Assembly: GCA_051294375.1 (NCBI GenBank)
Contig: CM119263.1
Coordinates: 13,532,414 to 13,596,413 of the forward strand
DNA: 64,000 bases
Reading direction: 5' to 3'
Origin: Paraspadella gotoi
Lineage: Eukaryota > Animalia > Chaetognatha
Shown here: positions 23,467-37,060 of the stretch, in pieces
How positions within the stretch are numbered: position 1 is the first letter of the stretch
How the letters are laid out: every line of letters starts with the position of its first letter
Notes under the pieces: generated by a model
What the model saw: the letters and a program-made list of their open reading frames with translations, nothing else
The model's database searches: none
Told to the model about the DNA's origin: nothing
Translations under genes and position numbers: made by a program

Positions 23467-24851
23467 CATAGTGTCTCAAGCGTACTGTCACTTTACAAAT
23501 GCATCCAGTGAATCTGTTCAGTTATAAAAAATGTACTTGTTGTACTTGTTATATCCAGCAGTTCTTACAGTTTCAAATGACGTCTTTATTTTTTAAATAT
23601 CGGAAATATATTTTGTCAATTTTAAAATATTCATATTTTTTAACTATCCAAAATATTTTTTTTAGCTTCTTTGTTAAATACGTTCCCACGTTATAATAAT
23701 GGCCTTTTTGACAGATTTACACCTTCTGGATTTGAGAGTATTTGATGGGTTTTAATAGAAATATTGTTATTGGACATGCAGCTGGTTTGACTGCAGTCAA
23801 CTAGAAATTAGTTTGCATCTAGTATGCATCATTAGTATGCATCTAACATCATATGCTGAATCATAGTATACTAAATTTGTATCATTTATCAGTTTCCTGA
23901 AGGTAAACTTAATGAGCGTTTAAAAACATTTTGTTCTCATAATCGTTCTTTGCATCTTCTCTTTAAAAATCTTTATCATTATCGTCAATCATTCCGAATA
24001 TACAAAAATCTTGGGCTAGGACACAATAAACATTAAGGAGGGCCAAAATTTTATAACTTCTTGTTCTCTCAAAATTTTTTTTTTCTTCTATTACTAAATC
24101 GATTTTCAATGCAACTTTTTGAATTAGTTCATTGGGTTGTTGCACTGAAGCTTTTAATTATTTATTAATATATAACAAATAACAAAATTTTTTTTAAAAA
24201 ATTGTATTTTTTAAAAACGGATTCCTTTAGAGCTTGAAAAGTTAAATTAAGGTTAGTACTACAATTGTTTTAAAAATTTTTTAAAATAGAAAAAACTTTA
24301 AAAAATCATCATCATCATCATCATTGGCTGAATTTTATGGTTTTTTAAAATTTTCATCAATAAAACAAATAAAATTTTATTAATTACCTTTATCTAACTT
24401 TTAAAGCTCTATCAGAATATATTTTAAAAAATTGAAAAATTTTTAAAAAATTTAAATTTTATATAGTAATAAAATAATTTTTAAATGCTTCCGTGCACTA
24501 ATTAATAAGATAAATTTTAAAAATTATTTTCATTTTCATATTCTCTAATAGAGAGAACTTCTAGTTTTCAACCTGTTCCGGCCTAATAAACATAGTGGGC
24601 AACTATAATATAACATGCACAGTTTTTTCACCAAAAGCAGGACAACTTTATAAATTTAATATCATTCTTGCTCTGAAACTTAATTTAACTTAATTTAACT
24701 TAAACCTAATTTTTTTTTTACAATTTTTTGACCTACAGTCAAAATTAAAATGCCCCTCAATAAAAATGATAATAAAGATACCTAAAAAACTGTATGAGCT
24801 CATCTTTCCGGTGGTTATATCAAATTAACAATGTACGCTTGAGACACTCGG
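23467..24851. mobile_element. Non-autonomous Tc1/mariner-type DNA transposon, about 1.39 kb
   Basis: TIRs CATAGTGTCTCAAGCGTAC and GTACGCTTGAGACACTCGG, each flanked by TA; internal imperfect inverted repeat (about 24040-24240 vs 24400-24570); internal part recurs inverted at 32745-32960. Confidence 0.8.
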
Positions 24852-25974
24852 TATTTATTACGGTCAATTACTAACTTATTTAATATGGCAACGGCCGGGT
24901 TGCCTGCGAGGCCCATGGGATGGGGCATCTAACTGTTGACTTTAGGGGCTTCCGACCCTTAGTGGCGCCATTTTTTCCGTCTGTGTCAACAGTATTGATT
25001 CCCAAAATAATGTTATTTGCCCAAGATGAGGCACAATGATTTTGAAATTATGATGCAGCGCTGACTAAGAAAGAGACTCTTCGTGACCAGAATGACGATG
25101 GCCATAAAAAAAAAATGACAACCGAGAACCGAATAGGACATACGCATAATTATTAGAGAAGGTAAACAAGTAAAATTGAAAAATAACCCGCGAACAAATT
25201 TTCGATTAGTTGAGTTATCATGATACTCGGTCAGTACAGAGGGCCTCAAAATTATAGGAATAGGATATTAGAATCGAGAGACTTGTGGTTGAATGACGAA
25301 TTCCTCGCGTGACCAAAAAATGAATGGAAACTCCTCGAAAGTCGTACGTCCCAGGACACCGAGCATGGATTCGACATCTATGGGGTTGGAGCCAATTTGG
25401 CGCGATGGTTTTTTAAAAAAGACAAGTAAAATGGCTGCAATTTTTTTCGAAATTAAGCGAATCAATGTTTATAGTTTAACGAAATATCGTTAAATTTTCC
25501 AATGCAACTTTATACATAAATAAATTTGCAAACCCTTTCGCCGTTTTTAGTTAATTTATTGTACTTAAGATTGAAATGTTTTCCAGAATCAAATTTTTTA
25601 ATCAGTCAATGAATTACTCACCGAATTCGCCTTAATTTAACTCCTAACGCTATCTATAGACTATGTTAACATCTCCTATGTGATATTAACTCACGGTATA
25701 AAAACTATTATGATTATTGGAGATGCTGGTCAACAATTCACCCCGGAAGACGGCTTGGGGGGTCGTCACCACAGCTGTGAAAAAGGAAACGAGTCAAGGT
25801 AGGAGATTGTTAAGCTTTTTCAAAAGTACCCCATTTCAGCCTGAATTCAAAATTATATTAGTTATTAGGTTAGACATTGTTATTTTGAGCTTTTTGTTTC
25901 GTTGCGTTTGAAATTGGAATTAAGTAATTTGAAAAAAAAAGAAATTTCACTTGATTCTAGTTATTAAGTTGAAA

Positions 25975-26195
25975 GATTAGCTTAGGGTTAGAGATTACGT
26001 TAGGGAAAAGGTTAAGAATTAAGTTAGGGTTTTTGTAAGGGAATTTGGTTTAGGGAATTTGGTTGGTGATCAGGGTTAATGTTTAATGTTAAGAATTAGG
26101 GTTTTGAATTAAGGGATTAGGTTAAAGATTAGGGTTACGAATTTGGATAAATATATATTTTTTGGAAACTAGGGTTAGAAGTTAAGGCTAAACTT
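25975..26195 (+). repeat. Degenerate TTAGGG-containing low-complexity tract
   Basis: Multiple ttagggtt and ttaaggg units. Confidence 0.6.
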
Positions 26196-26344
26196 AGATA
26201 AAGATTCGGAACATGAATGGAGTGGTTCGGAAAATGGTGCCGTTCTGTTTAGAAACTTAAAGCGACCATAACATGACTACACCTAAACTGTTTATGAATT
26301 TTATTACGAATATTTCTAAGTAACGTTTTTTCCTTCATGCTTTA

Positions 26345-26349
26345 TTTTT

Positions 26350-26401
<52 letters not shown>

Positions 26402-26452
26402 TTTCTTTATTTCTTTTTTCTTTCTTTCTTTCTTTCTTTCTTTTTCTTTATT

Positions 26453-26516
<64 letters not shown>

Positions 26517-26550
26517 TTTTCTTTCTTTCTTTCTCTCTTTCTTTCTTTCT
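26345..26550 (+). repeat. (TTTC)n microsatellite; the complementary (AAAG)n occurs at 45175-45247
   Basis: Direct observation. Confidence 0.95.
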
Positions 26551-27350
26551 TATTTTTGTCTTGGAACCTATATGCATCCGTTTTGGGAAGATTAAATAAT
26601 TGTTTAACTAATTAATTATTGAATTAATTAAATTTTTCATTGAGATAAATTTTTCCTCGTTTCATTCATTCTTTTTTTTTTTTTTTGTTTCGTTTTTTGT
26701 TTCTTTCTTTCTATCACTTATATTGATGTTTTTCAATTTTTATAAACGAATTAAACCAATAAGAAACTGTTTTATTATAATTAATAATAAAATATATATA
26801 TATTATAATATTTTCTTCACTTTCATACTCACTTTAATATTTTCTTGTCTTTTAAATTTTTTTAGTTTAGAGTGAAACATTGAAAACGATATCCGCTAAC
26901 AGAGAGTAATTTCTTTTTTTCGTTTGCACATTTTACAATGCACACGTTCATAAATATTAAATATTTAGCTGAAAAATCTCTGTCGCGAAATAAACGTTCA
27001 TTGAAGTTTTACTGTTGGTCATACTCATTATTTGTTTCGTATCACTTAATAATCAAAATACTTAAATCATTACTTAATATAATTTTATTCTCTTTGTGTA
27101 CTATTATGTTTCGGTTCGTTACGTTTGAAATAGAAAACGAAAAAATGCTTTATTTGGGTGAAAACAAAAAATAAAAAAATTATGTCATTGTTGTCAACCA
27201 AATAAAACTTATAGGAAACTCATAGAAAATTGTAAAAAGTTTTCTGAGAATTAGTAAACTTTTTAAACCATAAAAGCATAGTTTTAAAAAACTCAACTTT
27301 TGAGTACTCTATAAAGCACTCTTGACAAAAAGACAGACCACAATTTAATA

Positions 27351-27495
27351 CACTCCTGTACAAAAAAAAACAAAACGCGCCACTTTATAACTTTAAATTC
27401 CAGACACTCTATAAAAATATTTTTAAAAATTATATAGCTTATTTATTAAATGAATGGATAATTTTTACATTGGTTGTACCAATTTCATAAAAAAA
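27351..27495 (+). mobile_element. End of a dispersed TA-flanked Tc1-like element (TIR CA(G/C)TCCTGT(G/A)CAAAAA..CGCGCCACTTTAT)
   Basis: The same terminus preceded by TA occurs at 33590(+), 36459(+), 37939(-) and 39364(-); the internal segment recurs inverted near 51010 and 51328. Confidence 0.65.
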
Positions 27496-27585
27496 TTTAG
27501 GTAAAAAATGGATTTCCGATTATAAAAATCGTATCAGATTTCAAAATGCGAAATATTTAGTTTTAATGCTAAAAGAAGCGCGATG

Positions 27586-27628
<43 letters not shown>

Positions 27629-28489
27629 GGAGCAACTCGTTCTCCTTATTTGGAAATGATAACAGATCCCGTCGCTGGGTTGGTGGCAGCTGCGATAGCA
27701 TCCAGTAAAGCGAGTAATAGGAATGAGGTATTGAAAATAGATGTGTAGAACTAAAAGATGAAAAGAATAAATGTAAAAACTAGAAATGAAACGAGCATTA
27801 TGATTATCGATATATTGCTTAGTAATGTTATGCTACGATGTCTTGGATCACGTATTTAGGAATCCTTTTGTCTGACTAGAGTATTAATGTTCGGAAAATT
27901 TCGTCATTCATCGAAAGCCACAATAGCGTTGACATGTTATCTCGAATCCTCAAAACTAATGATTCACTCGTTAAATTTGTTTGGCGGAGTAGCACCTCAA
28001 AATACCCTTCTTCGTCGATTTGTCTCTCGTGCGTCCAGTAGACTCGAGATCCGAAACGGTCCCCCAAAAAAGACATGAATTCTCTCGAAGCCGGCAATCT
28101 CGCAATTCCTCTCGTCCTCAACCGAAAGGAGTGACGCACGAAACGGGCGACGTTGCCAATCAGCGACCGACTCTTACCCGCTGCTGCCGACTGCTGCTGC
28201 CGCTCCGCTCAGCCTTTTTTTTTTCCGCGTCACTCCTCTTTACGGATTCCAGCAGCTCCTCTCCGCCCGGTTTTTCGTTCTCTTCGTCATATCATGCGAT
28301 CTCAATTTTTTCCTGTTTTGGACGACGACACCGAGTAATACCGCCATTTCGTTAAAAATCGTCGTGGTTCAATCGTCCGCTATAAATTCTTACTCTTTTT
28401 TCGCGTAACCCTGTTCTCTTGCGTCCAGAATCAAGGAGACTACTTTTTGTCACTTTCCCGCAACCGGGCGTTTTAAAAAAAGTCACAAC

Positions 28490-29150
28490 ATGTCGTCGTC
28501 ATCGGGAATTAAGTTGTGCGACGAGGCCAAACGGACATTTGAAGATTTCAAAAAGCGAAAGGACGAAGCCTTCATCTTGTTTAAGATCGTCGATAAGAAA
28601 TCCATCGTGGTTGATTATGTCAGCGAAACGGACGAGAATTTCAGTTGTTTCGACAAAAAAGTAAAAGAGCTCTTCAACAACAACGAATGCAGGTGAATAA
28701 TGTTCGTATTACCACGTTACTCTGGATACGGTCGTAAACGATTTACCAAGAATTTTTGTTGTTGTTGTTGTGTCGTCGATGCTGTAAAGAATCTTTGTAT
28801 CGAGATAGACGCTTTCTTGAACACTTATGATTTATTTTAAAAAACCACTGTCCTAATGTATTTGTTTCATGTCATCAATACGAGGAGTAACTTTTTTTTT
28901 CCCGTCTTTCGATCAAGATACGCGGCCTTTTTCTTCAACTACCAAACTAAGACGGAAAAGCAAATCGGTGCAAACTTATCTTCCTGCTTTGCTCTCCCGG
29001 AGGGCGCCAGACTATGGATAAGATGCATTACACGACGTCCATGAGCAGCATAAGAACTCGTTGCAGATAGATCTGTCGATGGAGGTACACGACACCGACG
29101 ACCTCTCTTTCACCGAAGTGGAAACATATTTGAACCTGAAGTTTCAGTGA
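28490..29150 (+). CDS. ADF/cofilin family actin-depolymerising factor (exon 2 frameshifted in this sequence)
   Basis: Exon 1 28490-28692 MSSSSGIKLCDEAKRTFEDFKKRKDEAFILFKI..NECR; exon 2 from 28918 RYAAFFFNY, then across frameshifts KLIFLLCSP..DKMHYTTS..MEVHDTDDLSF..LKFQ*. Confidence 0.85.
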
Positions 29151-30230
29151 AGTCGCGTCCACGAGGGAGGAAGAGTTTGGGTCCGGGGAAGCGTAATCGG
29201 TTAATCACTTAAGGATTGGTTGGGGCAAAAATAAGTTTTTTTTAATACAAAATGGGAAAAAATTTTAAAAAATATTCTAATGGCTTCGTTCTTCGTAGCT
29301 GTTGTCAACCCGACAATATGACAAAAATTGTCTAAATAAAAAGGTTTGCTTCGATACAAATGTGTGTTTCTTTTTCAGAGTCGGCTTTTTACGAGATATA
29401 TTTATATATACATGAAGCTGGTTTACCTTTATTTTTGTTCATTTTGATAAATATTTTCAGTTAGTAAGTAAGTACTGATATAAGTCCCGTGTCTTTAATG
29501 CCGTATTATATACTTTAACACTTTGCGACCAACTTAAACTGTACTAAGCAGTCAACGTATTTTTTTACATCTTCCCCCGTACGATTATACCACTTTGGTT
29601 CAGTTTAGAGCCAAATCAAAAGACGCTGGTGTGCGCAGTATTTACACTTTTATAATTGTTTTATTATAATTTCTTATTGGTTGCATAAAAATAATGAAAA
29701 TTTAGCCTCAGGCTTTTTTTTGTTAGCGGGAATTGGTTTGTATGAATAAATCATGATGTATGATAGCTCTGTTAAAAATTTTATTTGCTCACTGCTTAGC
29801 TAAGAAAAATCCAAATCAATATTTTTGTTTTGTTTTTTCTGTAGAAAACTTTAGTAGTCCTTTTTAGGTTTTAGCTTATCTTCTGTATCACGATACATGA
29901 TATAAATAATAATATAAACTAAAAATATAAATCAATTGAATAGTGAAACAAGCACTTTTGCAATTTTCTTTTTAAAAATCATAAGGAGAGTATATATAAA
30001 AATAATATAACAATTTTTTATTGTATAATAATTTTTTTTAAAAGTATCTATACAACACAAAATTAAATATTTTGTCCGGCGTTACTATTAGCGATAATAC
30101 AAAATAATCATAGATCGTTCTTGTAAGGAAGTTATCTATGATAAAATCAACATATCCAAAACAAAAGCCTGAACAGAAACGGGTGATTTAGATAAACTAT
30201 ATTGGGAATAAGTTTAGATAATAGATATGA

Positions 30231-30520
30231 TTAGTTATTGTTATACGGAATAACCCTATTTAGTAGAATTTTTAAAGGGGCAACCTTATATTATATTTAT
30301 TATGAAAATTGAATATTATGGTATTTGAAAATACATTATCTATTTATTAACTTATTTAATTTCCTAGTATAGGCGAGCTATCAACCAATAATGATCCTCT
30401 AAATTATTTTGGTATATAATTGTGAAAGAATTAATTGAATATTATCAATAAAATAGGCGGAAATGAGCTGTAGGTTGACAGGACAGTAACCAATGGTTAG
30501 TCCTAATAACATTAAAAAAC
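30231..30520 (+). repeat. Direct repeat also present at 32971-33436 across the long N gap
   Basis: ttagttattgttatacggaataac..ggggcaaccttatattata and attttggtatataattgtgaaag..taggttgacaggacagta occur in both places. Confidence 0.75.
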
Positions 30521-30544
30521 TTAAAGCGCATAAGGATCAAGCCA

Positions 30545-30975
30545 ATGATTGAGTAGTCATTCATTGATGCGATTGAATAGTCATTGTCATTCATTCGTAA
30601 AATTAAACAATCAAATGCGTGTATGAAGTGAAAGGAGGAGAGAGAGAGAGATGAGAGAGAGGCTGGACAGTTTTTCCCGACGAAAAGCGCAATCAGAAAT
30701 TTTTAGGGAAAAACTAAAAGCAATAAGGGAATCGGAGCCAGCCTTTCGATGGTAATCCAAATAATTAATGCGATGAATAACTAAATATTGATGGCGATGT
30801 AACGCAATAATTGATTGCGATGATAATAAATAACTGATTTGTGATGATAATCAAATGATTGATGCGATGATAGTCATATTCATTGATGTGATGATAATCA
30901 TTCAATTGATATGATGATAATCATTGTCATTGATGCGATGATAGTCATTCAATTGACGCGATGAGGTCCATTCAT
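30545..30975 (+). repeat. Minisatellite of about 23-24 bp (ATTGATGCGATGATARTCATTC)
   Basis: About ten or more degenerate copies, densest at 30760-30965. Confidence 0.75.
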
Positions 30976-31995
30976 CGTAAATAAAACAGAAACAAATGCG
31001 TGTATGAATGAAAGAGAGAGAGAGAGAGAAAGAGTGAAGAGAGACTGGTCAGTTTTCACTCTCGTTTATATAAAGAATAATCAAAATTTTTTAGAAAAAA
31101 TTCACGAGCGAAAATCTCCGGATGTAAATTTGGAAATTTTGTATTGAGAAAAAAGGCGCGGAATAAATGGCGAATAAAATAGAAGAAAAAAAAAAGAGAG
31201 GGAGAGAGAGAGAGAGAGAAGAGAAGAGAGAGAGAGAGAGAGAGGAGTAGATGAGAGAGAGAGAGAAAGATAGAGAGGAAGCTGGATCCGCCCTGCAGGA
31301 GCTGAACTTAGTTTTTCGACGGTAATCTGAAGTAGGGACGAACTTCTTTTCCTTTCCTAATCATTTTTTTACTTATCAAAAAATTTATGTCCTCGAACTC
31401 TTAAAAAAGTTTTAAATCTTGAATGAAATTTTAGATTGGTTTTTTTTTTTAAGAAGAAACCAGACGCGAGGTCAAATTTCATATTGTGGGCATATTTAAC
31501 TAATTTATAAAATATTTATGCCTAATGCAAGATAATTATTGTTTTAAAAAAGAATAAAATGATTAAATATAATACACTAAAAAAAATTTACAATTTTAAA
31601 TTTTAAATTGTTAGAAATAATCAAAAAAAGTAATGTTGTTTAATTTGACAATATCTCTCTTCTCAACTCCCTATTTTAGATTAATTTGCCAATAGTGGCC
31701 GACCGGTCCAAAGTTACAGTATAAACAAAAACAAAAATTTTTTTTTGTTTAGAAAGTTATATATGCAAATTAAATTAATCCTGCGCAATTGGCCGGACAT
31801 ATAGCAGCTAATATGTAACAGAAGCAAGCTGATGTACATGTGACAATGCCTGCATTTTTTCTAAAATGAATTTCATGAATAATCTCGGATGTAAATTTGG
31901 TATTTTGTATAATAGAAAAAAAAATAATGGCGATAATATAAGTTTTTAGAGGAAAATAATAAGAATTTTTCAAAAAACGAAAGCGATGTACAATT

Positions 31996-32065
<70 letters not shown>

Positions 32066-32271
32066 TGAACAGAGCCGGAACTCGTTACTCGTTACTCGTC
32101 GCCTGGTTGAAAAAAAAGTGACTAAAAAATTTTTTTTTTTGTAAAAAAAAAAGAGAGATAAGAGAGAGCCGGAACTCGTTTAAAATGACGGAGGTGAAAA
32201 AAAGGTGACTAAAAATTATTTTTTGTACAAAAAGAGATAGAAGAGAGAAAGAAGAGTAGAGAGACAGATAG

Positions 32272-32313
<42 letters not shown>

Positions 32314-32409
32314 GAACTCGTTTACGTCGTTTCTAAGTGAATAAATTTTTTTTTGTAAAAAAAAAAAAAAAGAGAGAGAAGAGAGAGAGGAGAGAAGAGA
32401 AAAGATGAG

Positions 32410-32441
<32 letters not shown>

Positions 32442-33036
32442 AAGTTTTCCCGCCAACGATACGATATTAGGTCCACTCTTGTTTTATATCGGCGTGATCT
32501 CGGTCAGTTGATTTTTTTACACGTAAGTTTCCGTTGCATCAAAACGCGTTATTAGGTCAATGTCCTCGACATTGTTTACTAGTTGCCCCGCCAACGGCCA
32601 CCGAAATCCAGGTCAAGTAAGTTATTCTTGCACATTTTCTACTCAAAATGCCACGAAATCTCAGATGTAAATTTGGGATTTTGTATTGAGAAAGAAGCGC
32701 GGAATAAATGGCGATAATANNNNNNNNNNNNNNNNNNNNNNNNNACTTTTCAAGCTCTATAAGAATCCGTTCTTAAAAAATTAAATTTTATTTTAAAAAA
32801 TTTTTTCATTTGTTATATATTAATAAATATTTAAAAGCTTCAGTGCAACAACCCAATGAACTTATTCAAAAAGTTGCATTGAAAATCGATTAAGTAATAG
32901 AAGGAAAAAAGAAATTTTCTTGAGAGAATTAGAAGTTATAAAAAGTGTTCAATTTTGGCCCGCCTTAATGATTAGTTATTGTTATACGGAATAACTCTAT
33001 TTAGTAGAATTTTTAAAGGGGCAACCTTATATTATA

Positions 33037-33323
33037 NNNNNNNNNNNNNNNNNNNNNNNNNNNNNNNNNNNNNNNNNNNNNNNNNNNNNNNNNNNNNNNN
33101 NNNNNNNNNNNNNNNNNNNNNNNNNNNNNNNNNNNNNNNNNNNNNNNNNNNNNNNNNNNNNNNNNNNNNNNNNNNNNNNNNNNNNNNNNNNNNNNNNNNN
33201 NNNNNNNNNNNNNNNNNNNNNNNNNNNNNNNNNNNNNNNNNNNNNNNNNNNNNNNNNNNNNNNNNNNNNNNNNNNNNNNNNNNNNNNNNNNNNNNNNNNN
33301 NNNNNNNNNNNNNNNNNNNNNNN
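33037..33323. other. Assembly gap (other gaps: 32720-32744, 37730-37754, 55283-55307, and about 46454-46462)
   Basis: N runs. Confidence 0.99.
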
Positions 33324-33814
33324 ATTTTGGTATATAATTGTGAAAGAATTAATTGAATATTATCAAATAAATAGGCGGGAAATAGCTTGTAGGTTGACAG
33401 GACAGTAGCCAATGGTTAGTCTAAATAACATTAAAAAATAATTCGATTGCTTGGATAGATTTTATGTACAAAAGAAATTAAACCAATGACATGAACAAGT
33501 TTTAAAATTTAACCGGCTTTAATGGCCGATTTTGAAATTGACAATTAGTCAGCCAATATTTAAATTTCCTTGATAATAATAATATAGTACAGTCCTGTGC
33601 AAAAAACGCGCCACTTTATAACATTAAATTCCAGACGCATTATAAAGACCTTTTTAAAAATATATTAAAAAAATATTTTTTTTAAATAAATGTGTTTAAG
33701 TTTTTTTACAAGATATTTTTAGAAGATATGATTTTTTAAACTTGAGTGTTCCAAAACAGAGAGAGCTTTCCTTCAATCCTACCAAACATAATTAACAATC
33801 AATAATCCATTGGT

Positions 33815-35949
33815 AGTTCCGTAATCAAGGGCCATTGGTGAGTATGGGGTTTGATTCATCGCCAAGTCATGCCCTTTCCGGAAATTTTGATCCGTTTCGC
33901 CCCCAAAAGCTCGAGGATTTGTGGTTTCGGCGGCAACATTCTGCGCACTTGGCAGCGCGAAGTTTAAGTCACGATCGCGACATCCACACTCCATTTGCGA
34001 AGAATCTGCATCGGGAATGTTTTGAAATTAATTTTTTTCTCAATTTATGGCACCGCCCTTATTAGTTTTATTGCTGGGATGCGCTTGTTTTCTGTCGAGT
34101 ACTATATTCCAAAAGCTGTCAAGCGAGGTACTTTATACTGACTTCTTAATTTTACACATTTATTTCCCTCTTTCCAGTCTCTCTTAACTCTTTGTAGCAG
34201 AAAGTCATACTTGGTTTTATTGATTGGTCATTGATTCATTATTGATTAATTTAAGATTTAATTTAACTCTCCTGAATTTATACACTTCAAAATTCCTTCC
34301 ACTGAATTGAAACGAGCAACAAGATTATGGGTAATAAACATTTATCTACAGTAAAAAATCTTCACACCGTGACGATTTTATGTCAAACGGGAGGATACTC
34401 GCTACTCTCCTGGTCCTGGATTATAGCCTATAATAATAGATATAAAGATAAAATAATATAATAATAATAATAATATAATATAGGTGACACGTTTGCTGTA
34501 CAAGCTTTCAAGCAGAACATTCGGTTCGAAACCCACGAGGGACTTTCTTTATTCAAATGACTATGAAAGAGAAGGAGAAAACCGGTCCACTCTTCTCAAT
34601 CCGACTCAGAGGGATTCATTCACAAATTTAGGCCAAATTGAGGCAGAATTCTGTTTCGGTGTCGGCGATCGGACGGGGAATAGCTTCACTGTTTAAAATT
34701 GTTTTTTTAGTTTCTTTGTATTTTTTTAAAGGAACGATGTATTATTGCTCAATAAGTACATCCAATTTATTATTAATTTGACGTAATGGAGCTATACAAT
34801 GCAAAAACAAACTTCAATCTTTGCTTTATTATTTTTAATCATAGCAAATTTTTTTAGCTGTAACTCGCATTAACAAATTGCAAAACAAAGATTAGTTTTT
34901 TAATAATTAACTTATAATTAAAGTATTATTGATGTAACCAGTGCTGTTATAATTTTTTTTTCGAATGTTGGATTTTAAAAATATTTGAAAACTTCAAACC
35001 GGATTAAGTATATGATTGACGCCTTTCTGTCCATCCATCGCCCTTTACGATCGTCAAGAGAATATAATCGTCACCCATACACTGAGTACTCAAAGGAAAA
35101 AGAAAGGCAACAAGATCCCTTAGACAAACTAAAAAATACGTGTGCAAGTTGGGCAATCGAGTCAAGGACCCCGGAGAAGCCCTCCAATCACTAACTGTCT
35201 CTGGAATTCGATGGAATCATACCTTCGTTGCCAAAGGGACCACTTTTTTAAAGGCGGTGGACACTGTGAGCGTCAGCTTGCCCCTTGACCTCTTCTCGCC
35301 GTGGCCTGCTTGACGACCTGCTTGGCGAGGCTCAGCCCTAACGCTCTATTGGCGCCCATGTTCGGTCTTGACCGCCCACGCCCAGTTTTTCATGATGGCG
35401 TTGGACTTTCGTGAAGCCGTCAGAGCGCACGTCCTCTTGGCTCCTTCAACGGACTCTCTGACGGTTCATGTGCCGAAATCCATCAGCCCAAACGAGCCGA
35501 GTCGCTGAAAACGTGATCTGTAGGCGTCAGAGTAAACGACGAATATATTTCATAAATTTGGCTTAAAATTGAAACTTGAGGTTTGGTCAATTTGACTGTA
35601 AATACTAACTAGGTACAGGCGGTGTTGGGAATACGTTATAAAACCAAAACTGGGATCTCGCCTTCTTTAACTTCGACACTACGTCGTCTTCCGAGTCTGG
35701 CTTTGCGTCGGCGGGGCGTCGGTCCCGCGTCGGACCAGGCGTGCCACGGCGGGAGGTCAACTGTGTCAGAAGTCGGCGTCTGCACGAGACGGGCCGGCCA
35801 AGCTTCGGGCGTCGCGAGTCGTTGACTTGGCATCTGGCGCTGTGCTTACCAAGCGCCGCTTCCGAACGCCGATCGGGACTCGATTGACGCGATTCCGATT
35901 CGGCGCCGGCCAACGCTATGCTTGCAAGTCGCTTTAATTTCGACATTTT
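33815..35949 (-). pseudogene. Inverted, frameshifted copy of the 5' exons of the LRRC74-like gene
   Basis: MSKLKRLASIALAGAESESRQS on the minus strand, many indels, no downstream LRR exons; probably an assembly duplicate. Confidence 0.6.
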
Positions 35950-36860
35950 TCGAGTGGAGAAAATATATTCAAAGAAGCGATCAAATTGGGACGCTCTCAT
36001 TTCGGTTGATTTGTAATTGTATATTTTATATATCAAATATTTTAATTTGTTAAGACTTTTGATGAACGAACAGCGATGGTTTTGTTCTTTAATTCATGCC
36101 GCGAGATATTTTTTTCCGGGGCAAAAACCCCTGACAAGGGAAAGGTCAAAGGATTTTTCTCGGTCGTCAGCGAAGAAGTCGTGACCAAGGTTTCCTTATC
36201 GTCCTTCTTCTCTTCCCGTAGCATTCTTTCTTTCCTTCTCGTTCCTCTATCTCGCTCTCCTCCCCATGTTTTCCTCCTTTTCGGTATTTATTTTTGCTTT
36301 CCATTACATTTCATGGTTCTTTTTTGAAAAAACTTTGGTCAGATCTTTTTAATCTTCGTCGATCTCCTCCGTTGCAATTTTTATGAACAATATCAACTTT
36401 CTTTGAAGCAGATTATTTTATTTATTTATTATTATTATTATTGATTATTATAATTATACAGTCCTGTGCAAAAAACAAAAAAAAACGCAGCCACTTTATT
36501 TCAGACTTTAAAAAATTACCTGAATACTTGATACTTTAATTTTTTTTTAATTTAAAAAAAAGATTTAATGTTTTTAAAAAATGATAGGTTGGCATAAATT
36601 TATTAAAATTTGGCCATCCGTTTAGGATGCAATATATTTTGTCAAAAGCTTTTTCAAACTATAATGACAGCTTTTTTATTTTATAGTTTTTTCAGACTGA
36701 TAGGAAAAAAAATGGTAATATATTCGAAACGAAGAGCATTCCGGTTATAATTTTGTTTTTGTACTAATATAAAAATACTTGACTTTTTTCCAACCAAATG
36801 GAACATTCTAACTAGGATAGTAGCTATTATGAGGACTAAAATCCACCTACCGTTCTTTAA

Positions 36861-37060
36861 GCGGCGCCATTGGTGCCGGACGGCAAGCACTCGCCTCCTA
36901 ACCCGAAGGTTTGGGGTCTAGCTCGGTGCCGCCAGCTCGAAGTTAGAGGGACGGGGCGCTTAACCGCCTGTAACACGAAGTTACATCTTCATCTGAAGCT
37001 TAGGGACTGCTTATATTGAACGGGTCTGTTGCTAACACATAACAATTACTGTTCTCTTCA
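36861..37060 (+). mobile_element. tRNA-Arg(CCT)-derived SINE-like element (mirror copy 38760-38957 -, internally deleted copy about 6045-6142)
   Basis: Mirror copy reads GCGGCCA..CATTCGCCTCCTAACCCGAAGTTTGGGGTTCTAG..TGGCCGCCA: paired acceptor stem, CT-CCT-AA anticodon-like loop, B-box-like GGTTCTAG; anticodon stem poorly paired; shared tRNA-unrelated tail. Confidence 0.65.

Noticed and set aside
32979-33412. ORFs spanning the N run
   Set aside because: Artefacts of the assembly gap
36861-36934. Functional tRNA-Arg(CCT) gene
   Set aside because: Anticodon and D arms pair poorly, no oligo-T terminator follows, and it shares a tail with a dispersed repeat
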